A stretch of DNA of 64,000 nt, taken from assembly GCA_045657665.1 (NCBI GenBank), contig JAZOTN010000030.1, positions 38,364-102,363 of the forward strand. The letters are read 5' to 3'. This document shows, piece after piece, positions 9,013-18,129 of the stretch. Made by a program: the position numbers and the translations under genes. How positions within the stretch are numbered: the stretch's first letter is position 1; each line of letters starts with the position of its first letter. Below the pieces are notes generated by a model. It ran no database searches and was not told the DNA's origin. It saw nothing but the letters and a program-made list of their open reading frames with translations. The DNA comes from Lachnospiraceae bacterium. GTDB taxonomy: Bacteria; Bacillota; Clostridia; Lachnospirales; Lachnospiraceae.

Positions 9013-10740
9013 ATGAAAAGGAACCAGAAACTTGTTGTCAAGCTGATGGGTATCGCTCTGATCTCAGTCGTTATCACGGCAGTGGTTCTGACAGTGCTCG
9101 GTGCGTTCGAGATCAACAATGCTTATCAGGAGACCATCGAAGAGCTCCTCGACGGACAGGCTCATTCTCTGGCCGATACGTATGACACGGCTTTTGAAGG
9201 TGACTGGATTGAGGATGCAGACGGCAATATCACCAAGGAAGGCGTTCTCATCAACGGCAATCATGAACTGATTGATGAGATGAAAGAGCACACAGGACTT
9301 GATTATACGTTGATCTGGGGAGATACCCGTATCGCGACGACTCTTCTTAAAGAGGGAACGAATGAGCGGAATGAGGGATCGCAAATCTCCGCAGAAGTCT
9401 GGGGAAAGGTCCAAAAAGGTGAGACCGTACATGCGAATAATCTTGTGATCGGCGGGACCAAGTACAATGCATGCTATACGCCTCTTTACCAGTCAGACGG
9501 AAAGACGATCGTCGGTTGTGCGTTTGCGGCAAGACCGTCGGCAGACGTTACCGCACATATCCGTAAAGCGATTCTGATCATGGTGATCGTTGCGGCTGCT
9601 ATCGTTCTTGTGATCACGATCATCGGCATCAAGATGGCAAGGGATGCGAACCGCGCGATGATGGCGATCGTGAGTGCTCTGGATAAGCTTTCCGGCGGTA
9701 ATCTTGCAGTCACGGTGGATGATGACCTTCTCCGCAGGAGAGATGAACTTGGAACGATTGCGGAGAGCACCAAGAACATGGACGAAAAGCTGAAAACAGT
9801 CATCATGGCAACGTTGGATCTTTCCGGCAGTGTCAGCCAGTCGGGTGAAACGCTTTCCGATTCTGCCGAGCAGGCAACACAGGCATCCGGCCAGGTTACC
9901 GAGGCGGTCGACGACATCAGCAAAGGTGCGGTCAGCCAGGCTGAGAGCATTCAGGTTTCCGCGAATAATACAAACGACATCGGCAGCGATATTGAGGGTA
10001 TTACCGCAAATATCGATGAGCTGACCGAATACGCGAACCGCATGAAAGAAGCGTGCGACAGTGCCATGAATGCACTGAACCAGCTCTTGAAGCAGAATGA
10101 GGGTGTGGTACAGTCCATGCAGGTCATTGATACACAGATCCGTGCAACCAACGATGCTGTTAAGGACATCAGCCAGGCATCCGAGATCATCACTGATATT
10201 TCCAGCCAGACGAACCTTCTGTCGCTGAATGCTTCCATCGAAGCAGCGAGAGCAGGTGAGGCAGGAAAGGGCTTTGCGGTTGTTGCTACCGAGATCGGTT
10301 CTCTTGCGACCCAGTCCGGAGAAGCTGCGGTCAAGATCAATGACGTCGTCAAGAACCTTGTTGCGGAATCCGAGAAGAGTGTGAAGACGATCGAAGCGTT
10401 GAATCAGGAATTTGCAGAGCAGTCACAGCAGCTCGACCAGACCAGATCCGATATGACGAGCATGGCGGACGGTGTGCAGAACGTAACCGACAGTTCCATC
10501 ATGATCGCGGACAAGGTACAGAATCTGGGACGTGCAAAGAACAGCCTGATGGAGATCATCGAGGATCTCTCCGCGATTTCCGAAGAGAACGCGGCTTCCA
10601 CACAGGAGACCAATGCTTCCATGGAAGAGCTGAACGCAACCTTCGAGCTGATCAATACTTCCGCAAGGGATCTGAAGGATCTTGCGGTCAGACTCAATCA
10701 GGAGATGAGCTTCTTCAAACTCGACGATATCGAAGAATAA
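9013..10740 (+). CDS. Methyl-accepting chemotaxis protein (TM - Cache-like sensor - TM - HAMP - MA signalling domain)
   Basis: Highly conserved MCP hairpin tip [32 protein letters not shown]. Two TM segments flank a ~150-aa periplasmic domain ([14 protein letters not shown] is Cache-like). I prefer the ATG at 9013 with RBS AAAGGGGA over the upstream TTG at 8992. Confidence 0.9.
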   Translation: MKRNQKLVVKLMGIALISVVITAVVLTVLGAFEINNAYQETIEELLDGQAHSLADTYDTAFEGDWIEDADGNITKEGVLINGNHELIDEMKEHTGLDYTLIWGDTRIATTLLKEGTNERNEGSQISAEVWGKVQKGETVHANNLVIGGTKYNACYTPLYQSDGKTIVGCAFAARPSADVTAHIRKAILIMVIVAAAIVLVITIIGIKMARDANRAMMAIVSALDKLSGGNLAVTVDDDLLRRRDELGTIAESTKNMDEKLKTVIMATLDLSGSVSQSGETLSDSAEQATQASGQVTEAVDDISKGAVSQAESIQVSANNTNDIGSDIEGITANIDELTEYANRMKEACDSAMNALNQLLKQNEGVVQSMQVIDTQIRATNDAVKDISQASEIITDISSQTNLLSLNASIEAARAGEAGKGFAVVATEIGSLATQSGEAAVKINDVVKNLVAESEKSVKTIEALNQEFAEQSQQLDQTRSDMTSMADGVQNVTDSSIMIADKVQNLGRAKNSLMEIIEDLSAISEENAASTQETNASMEELNATFELINTSARDLKDLAVRLNQEMSFFKLDDIEE

Positions 10741-10759
10741 GATCTGATATGGTTCATGA

Positions 10760-10790
10760 CAGCCGGGGCTTAAGGCCTCGGCTGTTTTTT
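10760..10790 (+). terminator. Intrinsic terminator downstream of the MCP gene
   Basis: 10-bp GC-rich stem CAGCCGGGGC/GCCTCGGCTG (one G-U pair) with a short loop, followed by TTTTTT. Confidence 0.75.
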
Positions 10791-10808
10791 GTTAACTTGT
10801 ACAGTTTT

Positions 10809-10859
10809 TTGGAATATATGGTATAAAGTGCTTGCATTAAACACCAGATATAGTATAAT
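10809..10859 (+). promoter_or_regulatory. Putative sigma-A promoter of nrdDG overlapped by candidate NrdR boxes
   Basis: TTGCAT (10832-10837), a 16-nt spacer, then TATAAT (10854-10859). ACACCAGATATAGTAT (10841-10856) matches the NrdR-box consensus acaCwAnAtnTwGtgt at about 13 of 16 positions. A weaker box, TTGGAATATATGGTAT (10809-10824), lies 32 bp upstream, which is the usual tandem spacing. Confidence 0.4.
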
Positions 10860-10908
10860 GGTCTATGCAAAAACACATTCGAACTTTTATCATAAACAGG
10901 AGAGAACC

Positions 10909-13107
10909 ATGAAGATCATTAAGAGAAGCGGAAGCGAGGATGATTTTGACATCAGCAAGATTCTGACAGCGGTGACCAAGGCAAACCGTGAAGTGGAGGA
11001 GACTGACCGGCTGAGTGCGCAGCAGATCCGGGACATCGGAAACCACATCGAACAGCAGTGCAAGGAAAGCAAACGCGCGCTTTCCGTCGAGGAGATCCAG
11101 GATCTTGTCGAGGAACAGATCATGGACAAGAAAGCCTTTAAGGTGGCACGTACCTATATCACATACCGTTATCGCCGCGCGCTGGTACGCCGCTCCAATT
11201 CTACGGATCAGCAGATCCTTTCCCTCATTGAATGCAACAATGAAGAGGTCAAGCAGGAGAATTCCAACAAAAATTCCACGGTAAATTCCGTCCAGCGTGA
11301 TTATATGGCCGGCGAGGTCAGCAAGGATATCACCAAACGTTTCCTTCTGCCGGAGGACATCGTCCGCGCGCACGAAGAGGGTATCATCCATTTCCATGAC
11401 GCGGATTATTTTGCACAGCACATGCATAACTGCGACCTTGTAAATCTTGAGGATATGCTTCAGAACGGCACCGTGATCAGTGGGACGAGAGTCGAGAAAC
11501 CCCACAGCTTTTCCACAGCCTGCAATGTGGCGACCCAGATCGTTGCGCAGGTAGCTTCCAGCCAGTACGGGGGACAGAGCATCAGTCTGACGCACCTTGC
11601 TCCTTTTGTGGATGTGAGCCGCAGGGCAATCCGTGCCGAGATCCTTTCCACACTCGAGGAGACCGGCGTTTCCATGACGGATGAACAGATCCATTATGCG
11701 GTGGAAAAGCGTGTTCTCAGCGAGATCCAGAAGGGTGTGCAGACCATCCAGTATCAGGTTGTGACACTCATGACAACAAACGGACAATCACCGTTTGTCA
11801 CGGTCTTCATGTATCTGGATGAGGCGAAAAACGAGCAGGAAAAGGCGGATCTGGCGCTCATTATCGAGGAAGCGTTAAAGCAGCGGATCCAGGGTGTCAA
11901 AAATGAGGCGGGAGTATGGATCACTCCGGCTTTCCCGAAGCTGATCTATGTGCTGGATGAAGACAATATCCACGAGGATTCCAAATATTACTACCTCACG
12001 GAACTGGCAGCGAAGTGCACCGCAAAGAGGATGGTGCCGGATTATATATCGGCGAAGGTGATGCGCCAGCTCAAAGAGGGCGATATCTATACCTGCATGG
12101 GATGCCGTTCGTTCCTTACCGTCGATCGTTGCTCACCGGTTAAGGGCAATATCGCAAATGCCGGTAACTACGAGGAAGGAAAGCATAAATACTATGGACG
12201 TTTCAACCAGGGTGTGGTGACGCTGAATCTGGTGGACATTGCACTGAGCTCAGGCGGAGATTTTGAATCCTTCTGGAAGATATTTGACGAGAGACTGGAG
12301 CTTTGCTACCGCGCGCTGATGATCCGCCATAACCGTCTCAAGGGGACCGTTTCTGACGTGGCGCCGATCCTCTGGCAGTACGGAGCACTTGCACGCCTGA
12401 AAAAAGGAGAGACCATCGACAAGCTTCTTTACGGAGGCTATTCCACAATCTCACTCGGCTATGCTGGACTTCACGAATGCTGCTACTATATGACCGGGAA
12501 ACCGCATACGGATCCTTCCGCGACACCGTTTGCACTGGAAGTGATGCAGCATATGAACGACGCATGCAAGGCATGGAAAGCAAAGGAAGACATTGATTTC
12601 TCCGTGTATGGGACGCCGCTTGAGTCTACGACCTATAAGTTCGCGAAATGCCTTCAGAAGCGTTTCGGAAAGGTGGAGGGCGTTACGGATAAGAACTATA
12701 TCACAAACAGCTATCATGTCCATGTAACGGAGGAGATCGACGCATTCCACAAGCTTACGTTTGAAAGCCAGTTCCAGAAGCTGTCTCCGGGCGGTGCCAT
12801 CAGTTACGTTGAGGTGCCGAACATGCAGAGCAATATCCCTGCGGTCATGACGGTCATCCGGCATATCTATGAAAATATCATGTATGCCGAGCTGAATACG
12901 AAATCAGACTACTGCCAGTGCTGCGGTTTTGACGGCGAGATCAGCATTGTCGAAGATGACGGCAAGCTGGTATGGGAGTGCCCGAATTGCGGCAACCGCG
13001 ATCAGAACAAGCTCAACGTGGCAAGGCGTACCTGCGGCTACATCGGCTCCCAGTTCTGGAACCAGGGCCGCACGCAGGAGATCAAGGAGAGGGTGCTGCA
13101 TCTATAA
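10909..13107 (+). CDS. nrdD: Anaerobic ribonucleoside-triphosphate reductase (class III RNR)
   Basis: ATP-cone-like N-terminus (MKIIKRSGSEDDFD), C-terminal Zn site CQCC...CPNCG and the glycyl-radical motif RRTCGYIG. The start is set at ATG 10909 with RBS AGGAGAG; the ORF-track extension back to 10789 lies in the promoter region. Confidence 0.93.
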   Translation: MKIIKRSGSEDDFDISKILTAVTKANREVEETDRLSAQQIRDIGNHIEQQCKESKRALSVEEIQDLVEEQIMDKKAFKVARTYITYRYRRALVRRSNSTDQQILSLIECNNEEVKQENSNKNSTVNSVQRDYMAGEVSKDITKRFLLPEDIVRAHEEGIIHFHDADYFAQHMHNCDLVNLEDMLQNGTVISGTRVEKPHSFSTACNVATQIVAQVASSQYGGQSISLTHLAPFVDVSRRAIRAEILSTLEETGVSMTDEQIHYAVEKRVLSEIQKGVQTIQYQVVTLMTTNGQSPFVTVFMYLDEAKNEQEKADLALIIEEALKQRIQGVKNEAGVWITPAFPKLIYVLDEDNIHEDSKYYYLTELAAKCTAKRMVPDYISAKVMRQLKEGDIYTCMGCRSFLTVDRCSPVKGNIANAGNYEEGKHKYYGRFNQGVVTLNLVDIALSSGGDFESFWKIFDERLELCYRALMIRHNRLKGTVSDVAPILWQYGALARLKKGETIDKLLYGGYSTISLGYAGLHECCYYMTGKPHTDPSATPFALEVMQHMNDACKAWKAKEDIDFSVYGTPLESTTYKFAKCLQKRFGKVEGVTDKNYITNSYHVHVTEEIDAFHKLTFESQFQKLSPGGAISYVEVPNMQSNIPAVMTVIRHIYENIMYAELNTKSDYCQCCGFDGEISIVEDDGKLVWECPNCGNRDQNKLNVARRTCGYIGSQFWNQGRTQEIKERVLHL

Positions 13108-13113
13108 CAGGTT

Positions 13114-13671
13114 ATGTACTACGGAAATATCAAAAAATATGATATCGCAGATGGGGAGGGCGTCCGAGTGACGCTCTTCGTTTCGGGCTGTACACATCAC
13201 TGTAAAGGGTGCTTTCAGCCGGAAACCTGGGACTTTACATTCGGCCGGGAATTCACGAAAGAAACGGAAAAAGAGCTCCTTGAAGCACTGGAAGATGATT
13301 ATATTGCAGGCTTGACACTGCTCGGCGGAGAACCGTTTGAGCCGGAGAACCAGCGCGTTCTCCTTCCGTTTCTTCGCAAGGTAAAGGAACGGTTTCCGAG
13401 GAAAACAATCTGGAGCTACAGCGGGTACCTTTATGAAGAACTAAAAGGAGAGCAGGAGCCGCCGAAGGGGAAAAGTCCTCATTGCGAAGTGACGGATGAA
13501 ATGCTTTCGCTGATTGATGTACTCGTGGATGGTAAATTTGTAGAGGAAAAGAGAGATCTGATGCTCCAGTTCAGGGGGTCATCGAATCAGAGGCTGATCG
13601 ATGTGAAGGAAACGGGGCGCCGGGGGGCGATCATACCATACGAACTGAAAAACGGGGGAGGGGAGAGCTGA
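13114..13671 (+). CDS. nrdG: Anaerobic RNR activating protein (radical SAM)
   Basis: CxxxCxxC cluster motif GCTHHCKGC near the N-terminus. The size and the position right after nrdD fit. Confidence 0.9.
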   Translation: MYYGNIKKYDIADGEGVRVTLFVSGCTHHCKGCFQPETWDFTFGREFTKETEKELLEALEDDYIAGLTLLGGEPFEPENQRVLLPFLRKVKERFPRKTIWSYSGYLYEELKGEQEPPKGKSPHCEVTDEMLSLIDVLVDGKFVEEKRDLMLQFRGSSNQRLIDVKETGRRGAIIPYELKNGGGES

Positions 13672-14987
13672 TGAAGGACAAGACAATTCGTTTAAAAAAT
13701 GCGTCACTCATCACAGAAGAAGGAGATGTTCTTTCCGGAAGAGATGTTCTGATCAAATCCGGACGGATTGAGAAGATTGCCGCACTTCCGGATCACACGC
13801 AGGAAACAGCGGAGGACGTGATTGACTGCAGCGGGCTTTGTGTGTCGCCCGGGATCCCGAATCTTCATGTGCATACGGCGATGAACATTTTCAAGGGCAT
13901 TGCGGAGGATGTCAATTCCGACCAGTGGTTCAATGAGATGATCTTTCCCTATGAAAGCAAAATGACGGAGTGGGATGTGTATCTCGGGACGAAACTCGGG
14001 ATCGCGGAGATGATCTCAAACGGCGTAACGGTCTTTGCCGACCATTATTTTATGGAGGGGAAAGTGCTTCGGGCAGTCCTGGATACCGGGATCCGCGCGG
14101 ATCTTGCCCCGACGGTATTCGGGATGGCTCCGGATGTAAAAGACCGGCTTTCCGAAGTGAAGAACTTTATCCGTCAGCATAAAAATGATTCCGACCGGAT
14201 CGCGTTTCATATGGGGCCGCATGCGGATTACACCTGTCCGCCACAGGCGATGGGGGAGATTGTGGATGCGGCAAAGGACATGGATCTTCCACTGCATCTT
14301 CATATCGCAGAGGAAGAGGCGCAGCTGAAGCTATCCGAGGAGACCTATGGAGAGTCGCCGTTTGCCTATATGGACCGGTTCGGAGCCTATGATCTCAAGA
14401 TCCTGTTTGCACACGGACTATGGATCACGGAGGAGGATCTGAAGTACCTTCGGGATGATACGATGTTTGCCTTTTGTCCCAAAACCTATATGAAGCTCGG
14501 GAGCGGAAAGGGCGGCTTTTTTGATGTGCATGAACGCCTTTCCTTCGGATTCGGCACGGACGGGGCGGCAAGCTCCAATACACTGTCGCCGGTAGAGCAG
14601 GCCAGGCTCTTTGCATTGCTCGGGAAATTCCAGAGCAGGGATGGCCGGGAATATGAAACAAAGACGATCTGGAAGCGTCTCATGGAAGGGCACAAGGCGT
14701 TTCCGTTCGGTACAGGACATATGAAAGAGGGAGCTCCTGCGGATCTTGTGATCTGGGATCTTGGGACTCCGGACACGTTCCCGGTCTATCATCCCGTCAC
14801 CTCGATCCTCTATAGCTCAAATTCATCCAATGTCCGCGATGTGATAGTGGGCGGGGAGTTCCTGAAGCGTGATGGGAAACTATGCCTTGATGAAAAGAAG
14901 CTCCTCAAAGAGGTGCGGGAAGCACAACAGAGTCTGCTCGGAAGAGGAAAGGGAACGGCGGCGGTAACATATCTGAGAAAAGACTGA
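13671..14987 (+). CDS. Amidohydrolase-superfamily nucleoside deaminase (MTA/SAH/5'-deoxyadenosine deaminase-like)
   Basis: Metal-ligand motifs HVHTAMN, HLHIAEEE, FAHG and GTDGAASSN are typical of the MtaD/DadD/chlorohydrolase subgroup. The ATG overlaps the nrdG stop codon by 1 nt. Confidence 0.75.
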   Translation: MKDKTIRLKNASLITEEGDVLSGRDVLIKSGRIEKIAALPDHTQETAEDVIDCSGLCVSPGIPNLHVHTAMNIFKGIAEDVNSDQWFNEMIFPYESKMTEWDVYLGTKLGIAEMISNGVTVFADHYFMEGKVLRAVLDTGIRADLAPTVFGMAPDVKDRLSEVKNFIRQHKNDSDRIAFHMGPHADYTCPPQAMGEIVDAAKDMDLPLHLHIAEEEAQLKLSEETYGESPFAYMDRFGAYDLKILFAHGLWITEEDLKYLRDDTMFAFCPKTYMKLGSGKGGFFDVHERLSFGFGTDGAASSNTLSPVEQARLFALLGKFQSRDGREYETKTIWKRLMEGHKAFPFGTGHMKEGAPADLVIWDLGTPDTFPVYHPVTSILYSSNSSNVRDVIVGGEFLKRDGKLCLDEKKLLKEVREAQQSLLGRGKGTAAVTYLRKD

Positions 14988-15017
14988 TTTGTCCGTGTTT
15001 CCGCGGATCTGCCGAAG

Positions 15018-15046
15018 TTGACATTTATGTGGATAAATCCTACAAT
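15018..15046 (+). promoter_or_regulatory. Near-consensus sigma-A promoter for the nucleoside ABC operon
   Basis: TTGACA (15018-15023), a 17-nt spacer, then TACAAT (15041-15046), about 60 nt upstream of the BMP lipoprotein start. Confidence 0.65.
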
Positions 15047-15108
15047 AAAAAAGGTTGTTTTAAAGGTTTTTTAAACAAAACATACAAACGCATAAGGAGG
15101 GAATTGTT

Positions 15109-16338
15109 ATGAAAAAGAAACTACTCACAGCTGTGCTTGCAGGCGTTCTTGCGCTCAGCATGACTGCTTGCGGCGGCGCTCCGGCGACTACGGATGCGGC
15201 TCCGGCAGCGGATGCTGCTGCGGCGGAAGCACCGGCAGCAGAGGAAGCACCTGCCGCGGAAGAAGCTCCGGCAGCAGAGGAGACTGCAGAAGCTCCGGCG
15301 GATGATGCAGGGGGAGAGGGCAAGGTATATAATGTTGCGTATCTTGTAAACGGAAACCTCGGTGACAAATCGTTCTTCGATTCTGCAAAGGCAGGACTTG
15401 ATGAGCTCGAAGCTGCAGGCCGGATTACCTGTACGACGATCGAGATGGGTGGCACTGATGAGGATCAGCCGCGCTGGGCATCCACACTCGATGAGGTTTC
15501 CGCGGACGGCTCTTATGATCTTATCATCTGCGGTACCTATCAGATGCCGGATTACCTAAAGGAAGCAGCAACCAACTATCCGGATCAGAAGTACGCGATC
15601 TTTGATGACACCACCTATGTAGGGGAAAATGACAACGTTGTGAACCTTTCCTATCGTCAGAATGATATGGGTTATCTGGTAGGTGTGTTTGCTGCCTGCA
15701 TGACGACGGACACTTCAGTGGAAAACATCAATGAAGACGCGGTCGTCGGTTTTGTCGGCGGTGTGGATTCCCCGGTCATCAATGACTTCCTGCTCGGCTT
15801 TATCGAGGGGGCACAGTCCATCAATCCCGACATCAAAGTAGATGTCCGTTACACGAATGACTATGTGGATACCGCAATCGCAAAAGAGTATGGCAACTCC
15901 ATGATCAACGACAACAAGTGCGACATTATCTGGGGTGTTGCGGGTAATGCAGGAAACGGTGCTGCAGAAGCTGCTCTTGAAACCGGAAAGGCATGGTTCA
16001 TCGGTGTAGATTCCGATCAGGAGCTGACGCTTTCCTCGGATCTTGCGGCACTGACACTTACCTCCGGACTTAAGAACATCGGAAATTCTCTGATCTGGCT
16101 TTTTGATGAGTGGGATGCAGGCAACACCTACTTCGGACAGGAAGTGAATCTCGGTATCGCGGAAGGCGGTGTCGGCATCGTTACCGACAAGAACTTTGCT
16201 AAGTATGCAAGTGAAGATACCAAGAAGGCAGTTTCGACGGCCGAAGAAGATATCCTTTCCGGAAAGATCAAGGTTGACAGCGCTATCGGCGATACCTCCG
16301 GAAAAGTAGAGGAACTGAGAAAAGCGGTACAGCCGTAA
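15109..16338 (+). CDS. BMP-family (PnrA/Med-like) ABC transporter substrate-binding lipoprotein, probably nucleoside-binding
   Basis: Signal peptide plus lipobox (LALSMTAC), an Ala/Glu/Pro-rich linker, and a BMP-type body (FVGGVDSPVINDF, GVAGNAGNGA, FIGVDSDQ). A two-domain ATPase and two permeases of the same transporter family follow. Confidence 0.85.
   Translation: MKKKLLTAVLAGVLALSMTACGGAPATTDAAPAADAAAAEAPAAEEAPAAEEAPAAEETAEAPADDAGGEGKVYNVAYLVNGNLGDKSFFDSAKAGLDELEAAGRITCTTIEMGGTDEDQPRWASTLDEVSADGSYDLIICGTYQMPDYLKEAATNYPDQKYAIFDDTTYVGENDNVVNLSYRQNDMGYLVGVFAACMTTDTSVENINEDAVVGFVGGVDSPVINDFLLGFIEGAQSINPDIKVDVRYTNDYVDTAIAKEYGNSMINDNKCDIIWGVAGNAGNGAAEAALETGKAWFIGVDSDQELTLSSDLAALTLTSGLKNIGNSLIWLFDEWDAGNTYFGQEVNLGIAEGGVGIVTDKNFAKYASEDTKKAVSTAEEDILSGKIKVDSAIGDTSGKVEELRKAVQP
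15226..15300 (+). repeat. In-frame tandem 18-nt repeat encoding (APAAEE)n linker
   Basis: GAAGCACCGGCAGCAGAG-like unit repeated about three times, encoding AEAPAAEEAPAAEEAPAAEETAEAPA. Confidence 0.7.
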
Positions 16339-16355
16339 TTATCTTTTGAATTTTT

Positions 16356-16390
16356 GAAAAGGGAGAGAGAGATTTCCTCTCTCCCTTTTC
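16356..16390 (+). terminator. Hairpin (partial or bidirectional terminator) after the binding-protein gene
   Basis: GAAAAGGGAGAGAG-loop-CTCTCTCCCTTTTC forms a 14-bp stem. The U-tract is embedded in the stem end, so it may act as an attenuating intra-operon terminator. Confidence 0.6.
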
Positions 16391-16412
16391 ATGTAGAAAT
16401 CTGTATTACCAG

Positions 16413-16550
16413 ATCATGGCGAACTGTTTAAATAAGCGAACATTTGCAGTCGCTCGATGTCCGGTGGACATCGGTTCAGCGACGACCGGAGCGGAGCGGA
16501 GACCGCGTATGCGGCGAAACGTGAGCGTTTTAAACAGTATGCTATGATCG
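16413..16550. repeat. Conserved imperfect-palindrome intergenic element, long copy
   Basis: Outer stem ACTGTTTAAA (16423-16432) pairs with TTTAAACAGT (16529-16538). Cores TAAGCGAACATTTGCAG and GCGGCGAAACGTGAGCGTTTT are shared with the copy at 21210-21294. Relative to that copy, a 53-nt insertion after the left core (16450-16502) contains an extra internal hairpin, GTCGCTCGATGTCC-GGTG-GGACATCGGTTCAGCGAC (16449-16483). Confidence 0.7.
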
Positions 16551-16572
16551 TACGTTTAATAATGGGGGAAAG

Positions 16573-18129
16573 ATGGAAGAAACATATGTCGTTCAAATGA
16601 AAAAGATCGATAAAGTCTATTCGAACGGCGTGGCTGCGAATCAGGCCGTAGACTTCAATCTGAAGCGCGGCGAGATCCATGCTCTGATGGGGGAAAACGG
16701 TGCAGGAAAATCCACGCTGATGAAGATGCTTTTCGGTATGGAACAACCTACCTCAGGGGAGATCGTGATCAACGGCGAAACGGTTACACTCAGCTCTCCG
16801 TCTGTTGCGATCGCAAAAGGGATCGGCATGGTCCACCAGCATTTCATGCTGGTACCGTCGCTTTCCGTTGCGGAGAACATGGTGCTCGGGATGGTTCCGC
16901 GGAAAGGTATTTTTATTGATAAGGCAAAGGCGATCGCGATTACAAAGGAATATGCGGAGAAATACAATTTACATGTGGAACCGGAGATGAGAGTTGCGGA
17001 TATCCCGGTCGGCATGAAACAGAAGGTTGAGATCCTGAAGGCGCTCGTACGCGGTGCAAAGATCCTGATCCTCGATGAGCCGACGGCCGTTCTGACCGCA
17101 CAGGAAACGGAAGAACTGTTCCGCGAGCTGACAAATCTCAAGAATCAGGGCTATACGATTGTTTTTATTTCACACAAACTGAATGAGATCAAGGAGATCA
17201 CGGACCGGATCACCATCATGCGTAACGGACGGAGCATGGGCGTCTATGAGACAAAGGATGTTTCGAAAGAAGACATTTCGCGTCTTATGGTCGGGAGAGA
17301 TGTGGTGCTGAAGCTTGAGAAGGATGAGGCACAGCCGACCGACACGGTTCTTAAAGTGCGTGACCTCCAGTATGTCAATGAATGGAATAAAAAGATGCTG
17401 GATGGCATCTCTTTCGATGTGAGAAAGGGAGAAATCCTCGGGATCGCCGGTGTGGAAGGAAACGGTCAGAAGGAACTGATCGATATGCTCTTCTCGTTTG
17501 ATAAGCCGGATTCCGGAACCGCAGAGGTGAGCGGCAAGTCCATTATCGGCCTTTCCCAGCAGAAGATCCGGGAGCTTGGTGTTTCTCTGGTACCGGAGGA
17601 TCGTATGCTGTACGGAATTGCAGGGTCGGCAAGTATTGAAGAAAATGTGATCTCGGACCGTTCGGGAAGAAAAGCATTGAATAAGGGTCCTCTCTTTAAC
17701 ATGAAGGCGATCCATGAGTTTTCGGATCGGCTGATCAGGGATTATACGGTTCTTTGCAAATCGAGGAAGCAGCAGGTCGGAATGCTCTCGGGAGGAAATA
17801 TTCAGAAGGTCGTGGTGGCGCGTGAATTCAGTAACGATCCGGTTCTGATCCTGGCAGATCAACCGACGCGAGGGATTGATGTCGGAGCGACCGAATTCAT
17901 CCGCAGAAAGCTGGTGGAACTATCCCGTTCCGGGATCGCTGTTCTGCTGGTTTCAGCAGATCTTGCGGAGGTCATGGAACTTTCGGACTCGCTGATTGTC
18001 ATGCATGACGGCAAGATCGCCGCCTACTTTGAAGATACAAAGTCGCTGACGGACGAAGCAATGGGAGAATACATGCTGGGTCTTAAGAGCCAGACCCCGG
18101 AGGAGATAAGGAGGGTTTGCCATGACTAA
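16573..18129 (+). CDS. ABC transporter ATP-binding protein, duplicated ATPase (nucleoside/sugar type)
   Basis: Walker A GENGAGKST, a second P-loop GVEGNGQKEL, signature LSGGNIQKV and Walker B ILILDEPT. The 518-aa two-cassette architecture is typical of BMP/CUT2 systems. Confidence 0.9.
   Translation: MEETYVVQMKKIDKVYSNGVAANQAVDFNLKRGEIHALMGENGAGKSTLMKMLFGMEQPTSGEIVINGETVTLSSPSVAIAKGIGMVHQHFMLVPSLSVAENMVLGMVPRKGIFIDKAKAIAITKEYAEKYNLHVEPEMRVADIPVGMKQKVEILKALVRGAKILILDEPTAVLTAQETEELFRELTNLKNQGYTIVFISHKLNEIKEITDRITIMRNGRSMGVYETKDVSKEDISRLMVGRDVVLKLEKDEAQPTDTVLKVRDLQYVNEWNKKMLDGISFDVRKGEILGIAGVEGNGQKELIDMLFSFDKPDSGTAEVSGKSIIGLSQQKIRELGVSLVPEDRMLYGIAGSASIEENVISDRSGRKALNKGPLFNMKAIHEFSDRLIRDYTVLCKSRKQQVGMLSGGNIQKVVVAREFSNDPVLILADQPTRGIDVGATEFIRRKLVELSRSGIAVLLVSADLAEVMELSDSLIVMHDGKIAAYFEDTKSLTDEAMGEYMLGLKSQTPEEIRRVCHD

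Noticed and set aside
10789-10908. ORF-track extension of nrdD by 40 codons (start at 10789)
   Set aside because: The extension (MLTCTVFWNIWYKVLALNTRYSIM...) overlaps the promoter and NrdR-box region and has no RBS. ATG 10909 is preceded by AGGAGAG and begins the conserved ATP-cone sequence.
10837-11787. 316-aa minus-strand ORF inside nrdD
   Set aside because: It is antisense to an unambiguous class III RNR gene and has no motifs or RBS.
16413-16550. Palindromic elements as purine, 2'-dG, ZTP or other known nucleoside-related riboswitches
   Set aside because: I could not find the conserved cores of the purine (three-way junction with UAUA...CCGUAAAU-type loops), ZTP/pfl or preQ1 classes. 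The element is a single long imperfect hairpin. It is kept as an unclassified element.
16414-16746. 110-aa minus-strand ORF spanning the palindromic element and the ABC ATPase start, and the similar 21191-21760 ORF sharing a KRSRFAA...RLQMF peptide
   Set aside because: The shared peptide is just the translation of the repeated DNA element. The rest of both ORFs is antisense to well-supported genes.
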